64,000 nucleotides of DNA from Amoebidium appalachense (lineage: Eukaryota > Protista > Ichthyosporea), in assembly GCA_963693365.1 (NCBI GenBank), contig CAVNZM010000003.1, positions 12,125,651-12,189,650 of the forward strand, in the 5' to 3' direction. The notes under the pieces were generated by a model. The model was not told the DNA's origin, searched no databases, and saw only the letters and a list, made by a program, of their open reading frames with translations. Every line of letters starts with the position of its first letter. The first letter of the stretch is position 1. A program made the position numbers and the translations under genes. This document shows, one piece after another, positions 51,114-64,000 of this stretch.

Positions 51114-51287
51114 ACAAGGGAAAAAAACACCTCTCCCAGACCGCACACACCTCAAAATCGAACATATCTGACCCATCTGCAATCTCCTTCCTTGCAGCCA
51201 CACGTTTGGACAGCCGCCGGGACCTGCTGCCGGGCAACTTCTGTGGGGCACCACCAGTGCATCGGTACTTGGACAATGCATGAAGGG

Positions 51288-51343
<56 letters not shown>

Positions 51344-51382
51344 AGCCCTTCCAGCACCGTCTTCCTATCAGCACTATCCCTT

Positions 51383-51414
<32 letters not shown>

Positions 51415-51553
51415 TTCCCTTCCCCCGGCCGCTGCTGCTGCCCGACAACAGTCACACAGATACACGACACACAAACACACACCAAAGGCCCCATTTTCAA
51501 AACAAAATCCCCCCCCCCCCCCAAAAAAAAACTTCTCGTTCCCCCAAATGTTC

Positions 51554-51584
<31 letters not shown>

Positions 51585-51643
51585 AAAAAAAAAAAACCTT
51601 TCGTTTCCCCGGCTGTTCTCCACACCCCATCTCATCTCAGTAT

Positions 51644-51678
<35 letters not shown>

Positions 51679-51747
51679 CGGAGGGAAATTCCTCCCCTTC
51701 CCCTTAAGCCATTCAAACTCAAAAGCAACACCCTCAAGCCAACATCC

Positions 51748-51794
<47 letters not shown>

Positions 51795-52495
51795 CCACAC
51801 TCAAACAGATCCTCGTCCCCACAACCCAACACACACCCCGGCAGAACCACTAATGCATTCCCACCCTTTCTAAAAGCACACACACGGTGCACACACACAC
51901 ACACACACCTCCGTCAGCTTTGCCATCTCCCTCGTCTCGTTGATCTTTGCCAGCACGCTGCCCTTCCTGGCCAGAGAGGGGGACCCGTGGGGCTGCACGG
52001 GGGGTGGGGGGGGCTTTGACCTCTTCTGCCTGCGCTCTGTCCTCTGCCTCTCCCTCCGCCTCTCCGCAACCAATGTCGCCTCTGCCGCCCTCTCCGAAGA
52101 CTCCAATGGAGGGGGGGAGGGGCTGCTCCCTTCCTCCCTGCCTTCACTACCGTTTGCACTCAACGACACGTCACCTGACGCATCGCCATCGGCACCACAA
52201 GTCTCGTTTTCTGCACTTTCCTCCTTGGTTCCTTCAACCGAATAGTTTTCAGTTGCGGTGTTTTGGGTAACCAGGGGGGTTGCTGGAGGGGTGAGAGTGG
52301 CTATTTGTGTTTTTTGGGCACGTGCAAGCAGGGGAGAGGTGGTGGTGGTGGCGAGCTTTGAAGAGTCCAAAGCAATGGGGTTGGGTACTGTGTTCTCTGC
52401 TTGCTCCGTGATGTCGCAGGTGGCGGGCGCTGGAAGGGGTGGCTGCGGAGAGGTCTCTATGCACGGAACAGGGGCGGGGTCTGTAGGGATGTGTG

Positions 52496-52535
<40 letters not shown>

Positions 52536-53217
52536 ATGTTGTGTTTGTGTGTGTGTGTGTGCGTTGAGCTTGTGTGTGTGTGCGTGCGTGCGCGCGTATG
52601 CGTGCAAGCCATGTAGGCGCAAGTGGGTGTTTGTTTGTGTGGGTGTGTTGGGAAGTGGGGGGGGCAGGGCAATACGCTGCGTGCATGTGTTCAATATGCA
52701 CGTGTTTGTGTTACGGTAAGTGAATCAGCCAGACTAGACATTACTCAGAAGTGACCGTGTGAGCATGAGGTCCGGAAAGCTCGGCGGTTGAGTAGTTGGA
52801 CTAACTACTGAACTGTTTGAAAGCCCACATCATGCATGTGCAACACGACGACGCAAGTATCCTCTGTGTGCCCACAGCGCATATCATACAGTGTGTGTGC
52901 ATAACTACGAATCTGAGTGGAAACACAGTACGCGTGTGTGCACATAGTACATGTGTGCGCGTGCGCACAGTACATATGTGTGGGTGCACATCGTTTTTAT
53001 GTGTGTGTGAACAGTATGTATGGGTGCGTGTATGTGCACACAGTGGGGCACACAGTGCGTGCGTGCATGTAAACAGTACAGGTGTACTCCGTGCGTCTGC
53101 GTGAAGAGGTCCACCTGTGTGTGTGTGCAGACATTACATGTGTGTGTGTGCACACAGTACATATGTGCGTGTCTGTGTGCGCACGGTACACATGTATGGG
53201 TGCACACTGTGCATGTG

Positions 53218-53266
<49 letters not shown>

Positions 53267-54960
53267 ATACAGCACATGTGTGTGTGTATGTGTGTGCAAA
53301 CAGTACATGTGTGTGGGTGTACACGGTACATGTATGGGGCTGCACACAGTACAGGTTTGTGTGTGTCTGCATACAGTACATACGCGTGTGCAAACAGTAC
53401 GTATATGAGTATGATTGCATACTGCAGGTCGACGTGGCATATATGCATGCTTGTAACCAAGCGCCCCATGCACGTGCACTCTCAACGTGCCTCATCCTTG
53501 TGCACTCCCACATATGAGCCATACATGTCCACTCCCACATTGGCATCAAGCACATGCATTCTCGCGCACTGCCCCATGCAAGTGCATTCCCACATGGGCC
53601 TCAAGCACGTGCACTCCAACATAGGGCCCATGCGTGCACGTGCACTCTCACAACGACCAATGCTCACATGGATCATGTACGTGCACGCTGCTACGTGCTC
53701 CATACATAAGCGTTTTCAAATACGTGCCATGCACCCACCTGGCTTGGAGACCAGGCCAACCTCTTGCCACAGCTTCACCTCGTGGTCGATAGACTTGCGC
53801 ACCCACTCCACACCGGCCAGCGCACGCGCCACCTGCACATGTACACACGTGTCAACAAGGTTATCTTTTTCCTTGGCGGGTGTGTATGTGTGCAGTTGAA
53901 AATATTAGGTGTGACAGAGCACAAAGGGGAAGGTGGGGCTACGGCAGTGATGTTCCGGGGGAGGTTGGGGGGAGGGGGGGGTCGGGTAAGAACTGTGATA
54001 CACAGCGTGAGGCGTGAATGGACAGTGGGTAACGCCATGCACATACGAAGTCTGCAACGTGAGTAGAACACTTCCTTAGGGGGAGTCCACGCCAGGCACA
54101 CCGAGGGGCACGCTAAGTCGTGATGGTGCTTAGTGCAGAAAGTGGGACGTTTGGGGTTGAGGAGGGTCGTATAGGGGGTGTTTTTGGCTTTTGTTTCATG
54201 ACAGGGATGTTGTGTGGCCAATAGAGCAGGCATTTTACTTACCGATTCGAGTCCAGGTGTGTTGACAGACACGGTGACCACTGCGAGGAGGCATAACCTT
54301 GCAACCTGTATACAGTGCGTGTGTGCGTGTGCGTGTGTGTGTGTGTGTGAGTGTGTGTGATTTGTGTGCGTGTGTGTGCATGACCACGGGTCAACGTCTA
54401 CTTGTATGATAGTTGCATATCTATAGGATGTGGTGTCTGTGGCTTGTGAGTTTAGGGGTAGGAAAACAAGCAACATCGAAAGATCAGGACCAATTGATGC
54501 TGTATGGGACACAGGTTGGACTATTCTGGTGAGAGCGGAATACAGCACACCAAAAAACATACACGGTTAAGCTTATTATACTAGTAGTAGTGCGTATATA
54601 ACGGGGGGGGGAACATATGGGAAGTATTATTCATGAGAGAAAGAACTCATGCAGCACCAATTGTAGGCCGTGCCTCCACGACATAGGACGAAGGTCAAAC
54701 ATGAATCAGAACGGTCAAACATGAATCAGAGAGGTCAAACATGAATAAGAGCAAAGAATCTGTTTTCTCCACCGAAAAGTTGGAAACAGTAAAGCATCAC
54801 AAAAAGAACCATGTATTAAGGTTACGCACCTTGCCCGTGACGCTGCCCACTGTTGAGCAGCTGAAATCCACTGCCCCATAGACCTTGCTTGTCAGAGCCT
54901 TGCCCACGGCCACCACAACACTTCCCCGGCTAACCCCGTCGCTAGGGTGCCTGCGTGACC
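50255..54960 (-). CDS. Multi-exon hypothetical protein gene (exon set incomplete)
   Basis: Exon-like blocks with splice signals: 50323-50255 (EDYENDSVMSASSMASAKSAFF*), ~51240-51173, ~52480-51909 (Pro/Thr/Glu-rich, ..SVLAKINETREMAKLTE), 53832-53739 (VARALAGVEWVRKSIDHEVKLWQEVGLVSKP), ~54280-54243 and ~54950-54830. No domain recognised. Confidence 0.5.
50586..50708 (-). mobile_element. Family A truncated copy with AGGGAG(G)n TSD
   Basis: Same fixed end TTTGAATGCGG, with AGGGAGGGGGGGG on both flanks. Confidence 0.75.
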
Positions 54961-56771
54961 ACATGGTGCCTGCTAACCCAGCGACGAAATCGGGAAAATG
55001 ATAAATGAATGTGGCCTGGAGTAAGTGTGCTGTATGTGCAGTGTAAGGGTTCCCTGATGATGTTTTTATTGACAGGTTGAACACTTTTCCGAAAAGAGTG
55101 ATCAACGCCAGCAGGGAAGCTCCTGAGGAGAGGTTTCACTCAAAAGTGGTAAAATAAATGTGCCTATATCTATTTATCATAAAGTAAGTCTGATTGCGAG
55201 TGACATGCAGACGCGTAACGGTGCCACCATCTACCCTTCTGTGTGCGTTCAGTTGCCAAGCTTCGAAGAAATATGCTGTCGTCTCAGTCCCAGGCTTTTA
55301 CTCACATGGTTGATAAAATTCCTAAAAACACACTCACACCCTGGAAACACTAGGATACACGGTCGGTAGCCAGTACACTTCTTCTTCTTACACTTTCTCT
55401 TTTCCCTTCAAGCTGTCACAAACATAGAAAAAATTATGCCTGTGTCATATACAACGTTCAGTCCTGACCGTTGTGCACGTTTGCGTGTTTGGCGGGCGGA
55501 TGATCGCGCAATCCTATTAGCTGACAGCGCATCTTGTCTGGTCCCTAAACACTCTTATGGGGGCTTAATCAATCGCTACCTTACAAACTTCCAACCAGGA
55601 AAGCCTAGTTGGTGCCCGTGTGGATGACTTGGAGCCCCTAATACCATAGAAATGCACATATTGTTATAAATATTAAACCAAATATTACCGTAACCGTTAC
55701 CTGAGCCGTTATGTATTTTATAAAAACATTCCAGAATTCTAAGGCACCCCTTAAAATGGATGGGTTTGTGAGACCCTAATGCTGTCATAGCCTACCAGTC
55801 CGCGTGCGCGTAGCTACGTACCGAAGCCCCCTAGATCGTGGGCTTGATACTATTCAACGGCATGGTATACAGTAATATGGTTTGGAGTTAAAAAAAGAAT
55901 AAACTCTATCTTCAGAATAAGTCAAGTTTACTACGACTCAAATTTATGAGTTGAGGTTTTGTTCGCTTGTGCTGTGAAAATTTTTCAAATTTTACAAAAA
56001 AAAATGTTTTTACTTCACCTGGTGCCGGTGGGTTTTTGACTTGTGAATTAGTGAAAGCTAGGGTGAACTTACACCGTTTCCCTTTACAAGCAATGATTCT
56101 ACACCAATAATAATAGGTCTATGCTATCAATCATTGTTTGCGTGTGTACTTATCTATCGGTGACCCAATCATAGCTCTTCACTTGCATTGCAACTTTGGT
56201 GTTTACACAAGGCCTTTATTTACGCTGTCCCGGTAAAAACAACGCAGTGGTTCATGAGCAAGGCAACAAAAGGCTACAAATTTAGGCACTAGTACTGTAG
56301 TCTGTACTTACACCTGTATGTTGTACAAATACACATATTACTGATTGGCACGGAAAGAGAAACGAAACACACAAACGCACGCATGCAAACACACGCACAC
56401 ACACACACACGTTTCACCTGCAGCCCCGGTCAGCCAGATGATCGTTACTGCAGAAAAAAAGACAACTACTGGAGCTTCTGACAACGGCCACAGAACATCA
56501 ACGGGATGCAAGTTCCAGCACAGACACCTCCAGTCCTTCCACCATGGCCATGCACATGGAAGCACCACGCACTGTGTTAGACATTACACGTGCCGCAGAA
56601 CACATTTCAAGCACGCTAGTGTGTCTTTCACGTGAGTTTCTTCAAGCGGTAGAAAAGGAGATCTAGAGTCAGAGAGAAGGTGCGCGAGGAAAGGCGACAG
56701 CTTCATGGTCAGCAGGAGAAGGAGGCCTGGCTGGCGGCAGCAGACAAACTGGACCGCACACAGGTCAGCCA

Positions 56772-57640
56772 CGTGGTCACACTGAACGTAGGGTAGGTGC
56801 TCATAACCGGCACCACCCTCGCAACACTTACACATGTCGATGGTTCGCTGCTAAGTCACATGTTTTCAGACCGTCGAGAGATGCAAACTTTTACGCTGGA
56901 TGATGGGAGCATCTTTCTGGACCTCGACGGAAGAATATTCTTGTTTGTTTTGGACTATCTACGCTACGGCAAGCTTGATCTGACGCAAATTTTACACATG
57001 GACAGAACGATCGCGAGGATGGCCCAGCAGGCGGAGTTTCTTGACCTGCCGTGCCTTGTTGGCCTTCTGAGCGGAAATACAAAACACAAGCAGGAAAATA
57101 GCAACGAGCTACCCACCCCACCCATATCAGCCCAACAGTTCCTACCCCACCGACCCAAAACATAGTCCCCACATTCGTGCCTGGGCCCAACAATACGCTG
57201 GATGCTAGCGGTCGCCGTGCAACCAAGACCGGTGTAGGGGAGTGGAACTGCACTGTTTTGGGACCCGAGATAAACCCCGGGTCAGAGATTTGCATCAAGA
57301 TTGTCAAGTGCCCACAGGCAGATGGCATCATGATCAGCCTGGCCCCACCCACGATAAACCAGGGTACAAAGAACCATACGTCCTGTGAGTGGTACCTCTA
57401 CAACAACATGTGCACGTTGTTTTAACAGGCAGGAGCCAGCAATAGGGACTATAAGTCTTAAAGGATCGCGGCAGCTGGGTGGCGGGTCGAGTGTGTGTGG
57501 TGCGGTTGATGCCGGGAGGGGGTGGTGTTTGGGATCAATGGAAAGAGGCATGGGCAGGCATACAAGTCAACACCCTGCAGAAATGCAGGCTGGCAGTGTG
57601 TATGTACTACCCGGGCAACAGTGTGGAGCTAGGTTAACAA
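56772..57640 (+). pseudogene. KCTD-type BTB/POZ (T1) + SPRY/B30.2-like domain pseudogene
   Basis: BTB_2: VVTLNVG*VLITGTTLATLT..GSLLSHMFS..IFLDLDGRIFLFVLDYLRYGKL..QAEFLDLPCL. After a frameshift: FVPGPNNTLDASGRRATKTG..WNCTVLG..IMISLAP..EWYLY (SPRY-like). In-frame TAG at 56794, TAA at 57423 and further stops. Confidence 0.75.
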
Positions 57641-58308
57641 AGGCCAAGAAATCGTGCATGTTTTTTTTTATGCGAGTACCGTATCGGTTTTTACACTAAC
57701 ACGGAGAGCCCCACGACCTCATCTAAATGCAAGGACGTAGCCTACCATCAGTGCACTTTGTTTTTATGTCCCGGGGTTATGTGGGCATGCAAACATGTAC
57801 ACGTGTGGGCGCACGCGTGTGTCATACGCAAAAAACCAGGCCACAAATACACTGTTGAACATGTTCACACTCACATAAACGCAGTCCGTAGTAGACATAC
57901 GTGAACACACAAGTTACTATTAGGCATGCATGCGCAGGCACCCATAGAAACGTGCACATATGTATGTACATGTACAAGCAGACATGTTATTCGGTCATAG
58001 TAGCATGTTCAACTTGTCGTACAAACACACGCTGTGCAGTAAGTTGCCTTTCCGCACACAGCCTGAACCATCGATCATGATACAAGTACATAATACTGCA
58101 GCATGCCGGTGTCATGCACGTGGGTAGAACCGACGCCGGTGCCAGAAGCGTGCGGATCACACTACACTGCCAGCATCCAGGCCCATTCGACTTCGGCTCA
58201 GTATATTAAAGTTGGGTCCCATATGCATAGTGACGTACGAGGCCCTGCACTGCATATGCCGCTATGTCCCACGCGCTTATAGGCGTGAGGCTCCGTTCTC
58301 TACCCCCC

Positions 58309-58401
<93 letters not shown>

Positions 58402-59191
58402 CACCACATTATCATGAACATGTGTGGATACCTGGGTACAGCATACAGCATGTTCCACGTACAGTTGGAACCAAGTGCAAATGGGCATTTGGTTGCACCC
58501 TGTGTGTTTAGAATTGGCCCAAGATAGCGTGAATAACACAAGTAGTCAGTGGTTTATTTAAATTCAACAACAGCTGAACATTACTAGTCATAGCATTTCA
58601 TAGAGCCTACAGGTACAAAAATAGATCGAGGTTTGGTTTCGAGGAAAATGAATAAATTCATGCATAAAAAACCTAGGGGAAAAAAAAAAACCAGTTGTGT
58701 GTGCAGGGTGTCGACCATACGCATGTGCATGGATTCCTATGTATGCACGGGCTCATTCTTTTTCCACCATAGATAGGCACCTAAAACTTAAAAGGCTACC
58801 ACCCACTCCATATCCTGCAACCAACAATGTATGTAACCGTGCTACATGCAGAAGTTCTAACCTTTGAATTTCCTACCATGTATTTACAGTACAGTGCTTA
58901 CGCCTATACTAACATCACATTCATGCCTTTAAACATCAAAGTCACTGCAAATACGTGTGCCCATGTGTAGTGTACGTATGACTTTTACAAATAATACTTC
59001 GGGTTGTGGTGGTGCCCGCACATATTGCTGCACACATAGTGACGTGACTCAACCCCTTTGGCCCACCCTTGCACGTACCCTTACAAGTGTCTGGGTGGCA
59101 CCCAGCCATGGTGGCTAGAAGACAGACATGCAGCTAGGCTCATGGGGTTCGGCAACTCCGAGGGGTGGAGAAAAGAGAGGGGGGAGAGAGT

Positions 59192-59289
<98 letters not shown>

Positions 59290-59342
59290 GTGCGTATGTC
59301 TGTGTATATATGTATGTGATGCATAGGATGCAGTGCACTAAC

Positions 59343-60133
59343 CCCATGCCACATCGCCCATGAGCCTGTCGGCCAGGTCTGTCTTGAGCACCTCCATGGC
59401 TATGTGCGGCACAGACACGTGCAGGTCCATCGCTGTGCGTGCATGGGTGGTCAAAATGGAGCCCAGGAAACATGATGTGAAGGGGGAGGGAGGAGGGGGT
59501 GGGGTGTGGGTGGGGATGGGTTTGTGTGTGTGTGTGTGTTGGGGGGGGGGGGGGGGGGGGGGAGGAAGGGAGGGGGGGAATCTAGAGGAACGAAACAGCT
59601 ACACACGCCATGCACCCCCCAACCTCTCAACCAGCTCCCCCCCAACCTTTGAACACACTGAAAACAGCACACACAAGAAGCACAAACCATAGGGTCGACA
59701 GAATGGCATACATAGAAAATAGACAACGGAAAGGGGAGGGTGAGTAGCGGTAAGGGGAGAGAGGGGGAATAAGTATTCCACGGACAAAGAGAAAGGGGAG
59801 GGAATGAGGGAATGCCAAACGAAGAGGGCAGGAAGAGTGGGTATTTTAAGCAGAAGGAAGAGGGAGAGGCAGAAAGAGGAAGAAGCTTGAGAGAGGGAAT
59901 GTAACAGACTGAGAGGGAGACAGGGGGAAAAAAGGAAGGAAGGGGAGGGTTGAAGAAAAGAGAAATGGGGTTAAAGGAGGACCGACCGACGTCCTGGTTG
60001 GACTTTGGAGCCGGGACAATGATGAAGACCCAGGGCACATTTCTTGGGGGCACGTTGGAAAACAGCGGCAGCCCACTGTCCCCAAACACAACCTGCGCCC
60101 CTGTATCAGTGCATGCATTCAAATGAAAGAACA

Positions 60134-60169
<36 letters not shown>

Positions 60170-60304
60170 GGCCCCCGAAAAGAACAACAAAAAAAAATCT
60201 CTGTCTCTCACTCCCCCCCCCCTCCCCCCCCCCCCAGCCCCCCTCTCTTCCCAGCCCCCCCAAAACACACACACACACATACACACACACACACCCGCCC
60301 CCGC

Positions 60305-60373
<69 letters not shown>

Positions 60374-60440
60374 GAACACACACAGGAACACACACACACA
60401 CACACACACAGACACAGACACACACACACACACACTCACA

Positions 60441-60480
<40 letters not shown>

Positions 60481-61062
60481 GGTTTCTTTACCCCTCAGTG
60501 GAGGGCTTTGCACAAGGAAACAGCAGGAACGTCGCAGTTGGGGATGGAAGACAAGATGTGTGTGTGTGTGTGTGTGCGCGCGCGCGCGCGCGCGTGTGTG
60601 TGTGTGTGTATGTGGGTGGGGGGGGGGGGGGGGGGGGGGGGGAGAGGATCGTACTTTTCTCAGCCTGTCCTCATCCATCACAGCTACGTATATGCCCGTG
60701 TTGAAGAGAAGACCCTGTACCCACACATATCGCAGCACACATGGAATTTATGGTTAGAATCAAGTACATGAGCACGAAAAAAAATATAAAATAAGCGAAT
60801 CATAATACAGGGAAACCAAGAACAAAGTAAACCGATAAAAACTCACGCCATTTTATCTGTTTGCCCCACTTAGGCCTAAATATATCATGTATTATACATA
60901 TGTACGGTACTTTTTATACATTAACAAAAATACAATAATTATGCACACGAGGATATTGATTCCATGCAATGAATCACCAGTTAGATGACTGGGTTTCTAG
61001 AGGCACATGACTCTCATGATACCCCTATCATACACTGTGCAGTGTTGTGGGAATGCATGACT

Positions 61063-61109
<47 letters not shown>

Positions 61110-61294
61110 AGGGGAAAAAAAAAACAAAAAAACAAAACAAAAAAAACAAACCGAAACGACAACAAAAAAACACTACGCACCTGTTTTCACTCCAGCTTGT
61201 GCATATGTATGTGCCTGCGTGCATCTTTGCGCGTACCTTCGAATCTGTTTTGGGTATGTGTGTGCCTGAATATATGTGTATGCCGAAGGAGAAG

Positions 61295-61368
<74 letters not shown>

Positions 61369-61604
61369 GGGGGGGGAAAGGGGGGGGGGGGGGGGGGGGG
61401 GGGGCAAACCCACGGCGTTATATTCGACCTTTGCGCCCCTAGCCTGGGCATCAGCCAGCCACCTCACCCCCCTCTGCATGTATGCACTGTCCGTGCTTCG
61501 TGCGGCAGCTACAAGGCTGGCCACCTGCCCTACGTTGTACTGCAGTGGAGAAGGGTGGGGGTGAAAAGGATGGAAAAGTTTTTTTTTCTTTTCTTTTTTC
61601 TTTT

Positions 61605-61635
<31 letters not shown>

Positions 61636-61649
61636 GGGAGGGGGGAAGG

Positions 61650-61702
<53 letters not shown>

Positions 61703-62953
61703 TTTGTGTGTGTGTGTGGTTGGGGGTGGGGGTGACGTATGCGTTCGAGGGTTGGCAATATGGAGGAGACAGCAGGGAGAGGAGGGGGGAAGGGGGGGAG
61801 GGGGGGGGGGGAGGGGGTGGGAGGGCGGGTTGCCCTTTGTTTGTGCGTGAGTGTGTCTGTGTGTACGTGCATGTGGGGGAAGGGGGGGGAGGGGAGAGAG
61901 AAGGTAATTTAGTGCTAATGGTGGGTGTGAATATGTATGTAGAATCTCGGCCCACCTATCTTGGGGCGCACCTTTGCACCTACTGACACCCATGTTGATG
62001 TGGGGACCATGGGCCTACAAATGAAGAACATGCGCACATGCAAGCACACCACTAGCATGGAAACATCCCCCCCCCCCCCCCCCCCCCCTCCCCCGCCCCG
62101 CTCCCCCTTCTGCAACCATCACAGTAAGCGACAATCCTCCCCCCTCCCCCCTCCTCCTCCTCCTCCCCCGGAGAGGCAAAAAAAAAAAAAAAAAAAAATA
62201 AAAGGGAAAAAAAGAAAAGACCCCACCCACCTTGTCCAAAAGCTCATCTGCCGGCAGACTCAACCTACACAGCATGGACCCCACCCCCCAGTAGTTCTGC
62301 CCCAGCCACTTACTGCCCCTAAATTCAACCGGCATAGCCAGGTGTGTGTATCTCTGCTGCCCGGTAACCCCACTGGATGTGGACGGCTGGTCGGATTTAG
62401 CAGGGGGGGTGGGGCTGGTTGGTCTTTGGGACGGGGTTTCTGTTGAGGTGCTGGGTTGGGGGCTGGGGGGTGCCTTAGGTGGGGTCTTAAGGGTGAACGG
62501 GTGGTCGGATTTGGCAGCGCCGGTGGTGGTCTTGATGGGGAGGATATCCTCCAAGCTGGGGGGGTAATTGCAGTCAGAAACAGATTGGGGGGGGGGGGGG
62601 GGGGGGGGGAGGGGGGGGGGGGGGGGCGGAGGGCGTTACAGACTACAAAGAACACATTCACGACGGGCATTGCAGAACACAGACGCTTAAGTTTTTCTTT
62701 TTTCCCCACAGCTTTGAAGCGAGTCAAGATAGGGAGAGCAGGGAGAAGTGGCTAATATTAGATGCATGGCTGGGACGAGACCCTATATAAGGACACACAG
62801 ACAGGCGGCTTTCCCCCCTCCTTACCACCCAAACACTCCGTCCCTGTGCCCCTTTTCCATGGCATCTTCACCTCGAAACCACGGCAACTGGCATACATCA
62901 TCCACTTAGCCCGAAGCCCAATTCTGTGACTGGTTCTACTCCTTTTGCTATAC

Positions 62954-63020
<67 letters not shown>

Positions 63021-63889
63021 CAACCCTTTCCAAGTGGCATCACCACAGAACTCAACAGAAGGAAAAAGGAAGGAAGAAGGCACCTAGCCCTCTCTATCTC
63101 CAAAATTTAGTGCTCTTCTCAACACACAAACAGCACACAAGCCCTCCACCTGAACAACCAAACAGAGCACAATAAACGTGACACAATAAACAGAGCTCAA
63201 TAAAAGAACACGATAAACAGCACACAATAAAAGAAAACAACAAAAGAAAACAATAAAAGAAAACCATAAACAGAACACAATAAAAGAACACCATAAAAGT
63301 AAACAATTAACAGAACAGAACACGATAAAAGAAAACAATGCACATGACACAAGAACAGACAACAATAAAAGAACGCAATTACAGACAACAATAAAAGAAC
63401 GCAATAAGCAGAACACAATAAAAGAAAACAATAAACAGAACACAATAAACAGGTCATAATAAACAGAGCACAAGAAAACAAAATGAACGAAGGAAGGAAG
63501 AAAGAAGAATCACCTAGCGCTTTCCATCTCCAAAGCCAGTGCCCTCCTCAGCTCACAGCACATATTCCATATATGGGCCACCACCAGGTCTGTGTCGGCA
63601 ACACCCTCCCCCCCGTCTTTCCTCAGCCCATCCATGTCTTCCTGTGTCAGTCGGAAGATGGCTGATGCTATGCCCGTCACACCAACCTTGACCTTACTGC
63701 GTGTGTGTGATAAGTGTTAGGGTAGAAGGACATACAAGTATTACATCCCTGGCCACCACAAAACAGATAAGAAAAAACACGAAACAAAAATAACGAAGAA
63801 AGGAAAACAAGGAAATGAACATAGAGCAAAAAAACAAACACTCTCAGCATATCACCACACCGCTGTAGTCACGAACTTGCACAGGCAAG
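59343..63889 (-). CDS. BAHD/transferase-family (condensation-fold) acyl-CoA acyltransferase, C-terminal half; 5' exons beyond the right edge
   Basis: Phase-consistent exons: 63889-63861; 63661-63514 (IFRLTQEDMDGLRK..ADTDLVVAHIWNMCCELR); ~62555-62231 (LAMPVEFRGSKWLGQNYWGVG..LPADELL); ~61540-61414 (YNVGQVASLVAAARSTDSAYMQRGVRWL); ~60714-60655; ~60092-59987 (VVFGDSGLP..VFIIVPAP, in the DFGWG position); ~59432-59343 (MDLHVSVPHIAMEVLKTD). Confidence 0.72.
61733..61774 (-). mobile_element. Family C short 3' fragment next to a G-run
   Basis: Reverse complement matches 21827-21868. Confidence 0.6.
63165..63483. repeat. Degenerate A-rich minisatellite (AATAAAAGAACAC-like) in an intron
   Basis: Repeated ACAATAAA(A/C)AGAAC/AAC units. 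Confidence 0.8.
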
Positions 63890-64000
63890 CTGTGCATGCC
63901 ACGACAACAGGAGAGAGGGCATGGGATGGGGGGAGGGGGGGGGGGGGGAGGGAGGGGGAAAGAGGGGGGGAGGGGGGGGGGGGGGGGGGAGGGCTGTGTG

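Overview
This is eukaryotic, intron-rich genomic DNA with GT-AG introns and a very high density of poly-G/poly-C runs and (CA)n microsatellites. The gene mix (PHO80-type cyclin, CBM20 membrane protein, cbEGF/PAN, KCTD-type BTB, BAHD-like transferase) would fit a unicellular opisthokont such as an ichthyosporean, but that is only a guess. Most short ORFs in the supplied track are microsatellite artefacts. Genes rebuilt by hand from splice sites are a C1-domain gene (left edge), a complete 9-exon 924-aa signal-anchor + coiled-coil + CBM20 (STBD1-like) gene, a PHO80-like cyclin behind six CCAAT boxes, and a BAHD-like acyltransferase (right edge). Three genes are decayed: F-box/LRR, EGF/PAN and BTB+SPRY-like. 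The 32-49 kb region is a retroelement pile-up. It holds (i) a 3.0-kb split-direct-repeat DIRS/PAT-like element encoding only RT-RNaseH-methyltransferase, with no gag or tyrosine recombinase and with highly structured termini; (ii) a tRNA-derived SINE with a 14-bp TSD; (iii) a non-autonomous Ty3-like LTR element with apparently identical LTRs; and (iv) an APE-RT LINE with no poly(A) tail, abutting a tRNA-Thr-like head. Several short retroposon families across the window insert into G/C homopolymer runs and share a hammerhead-core-like motif.
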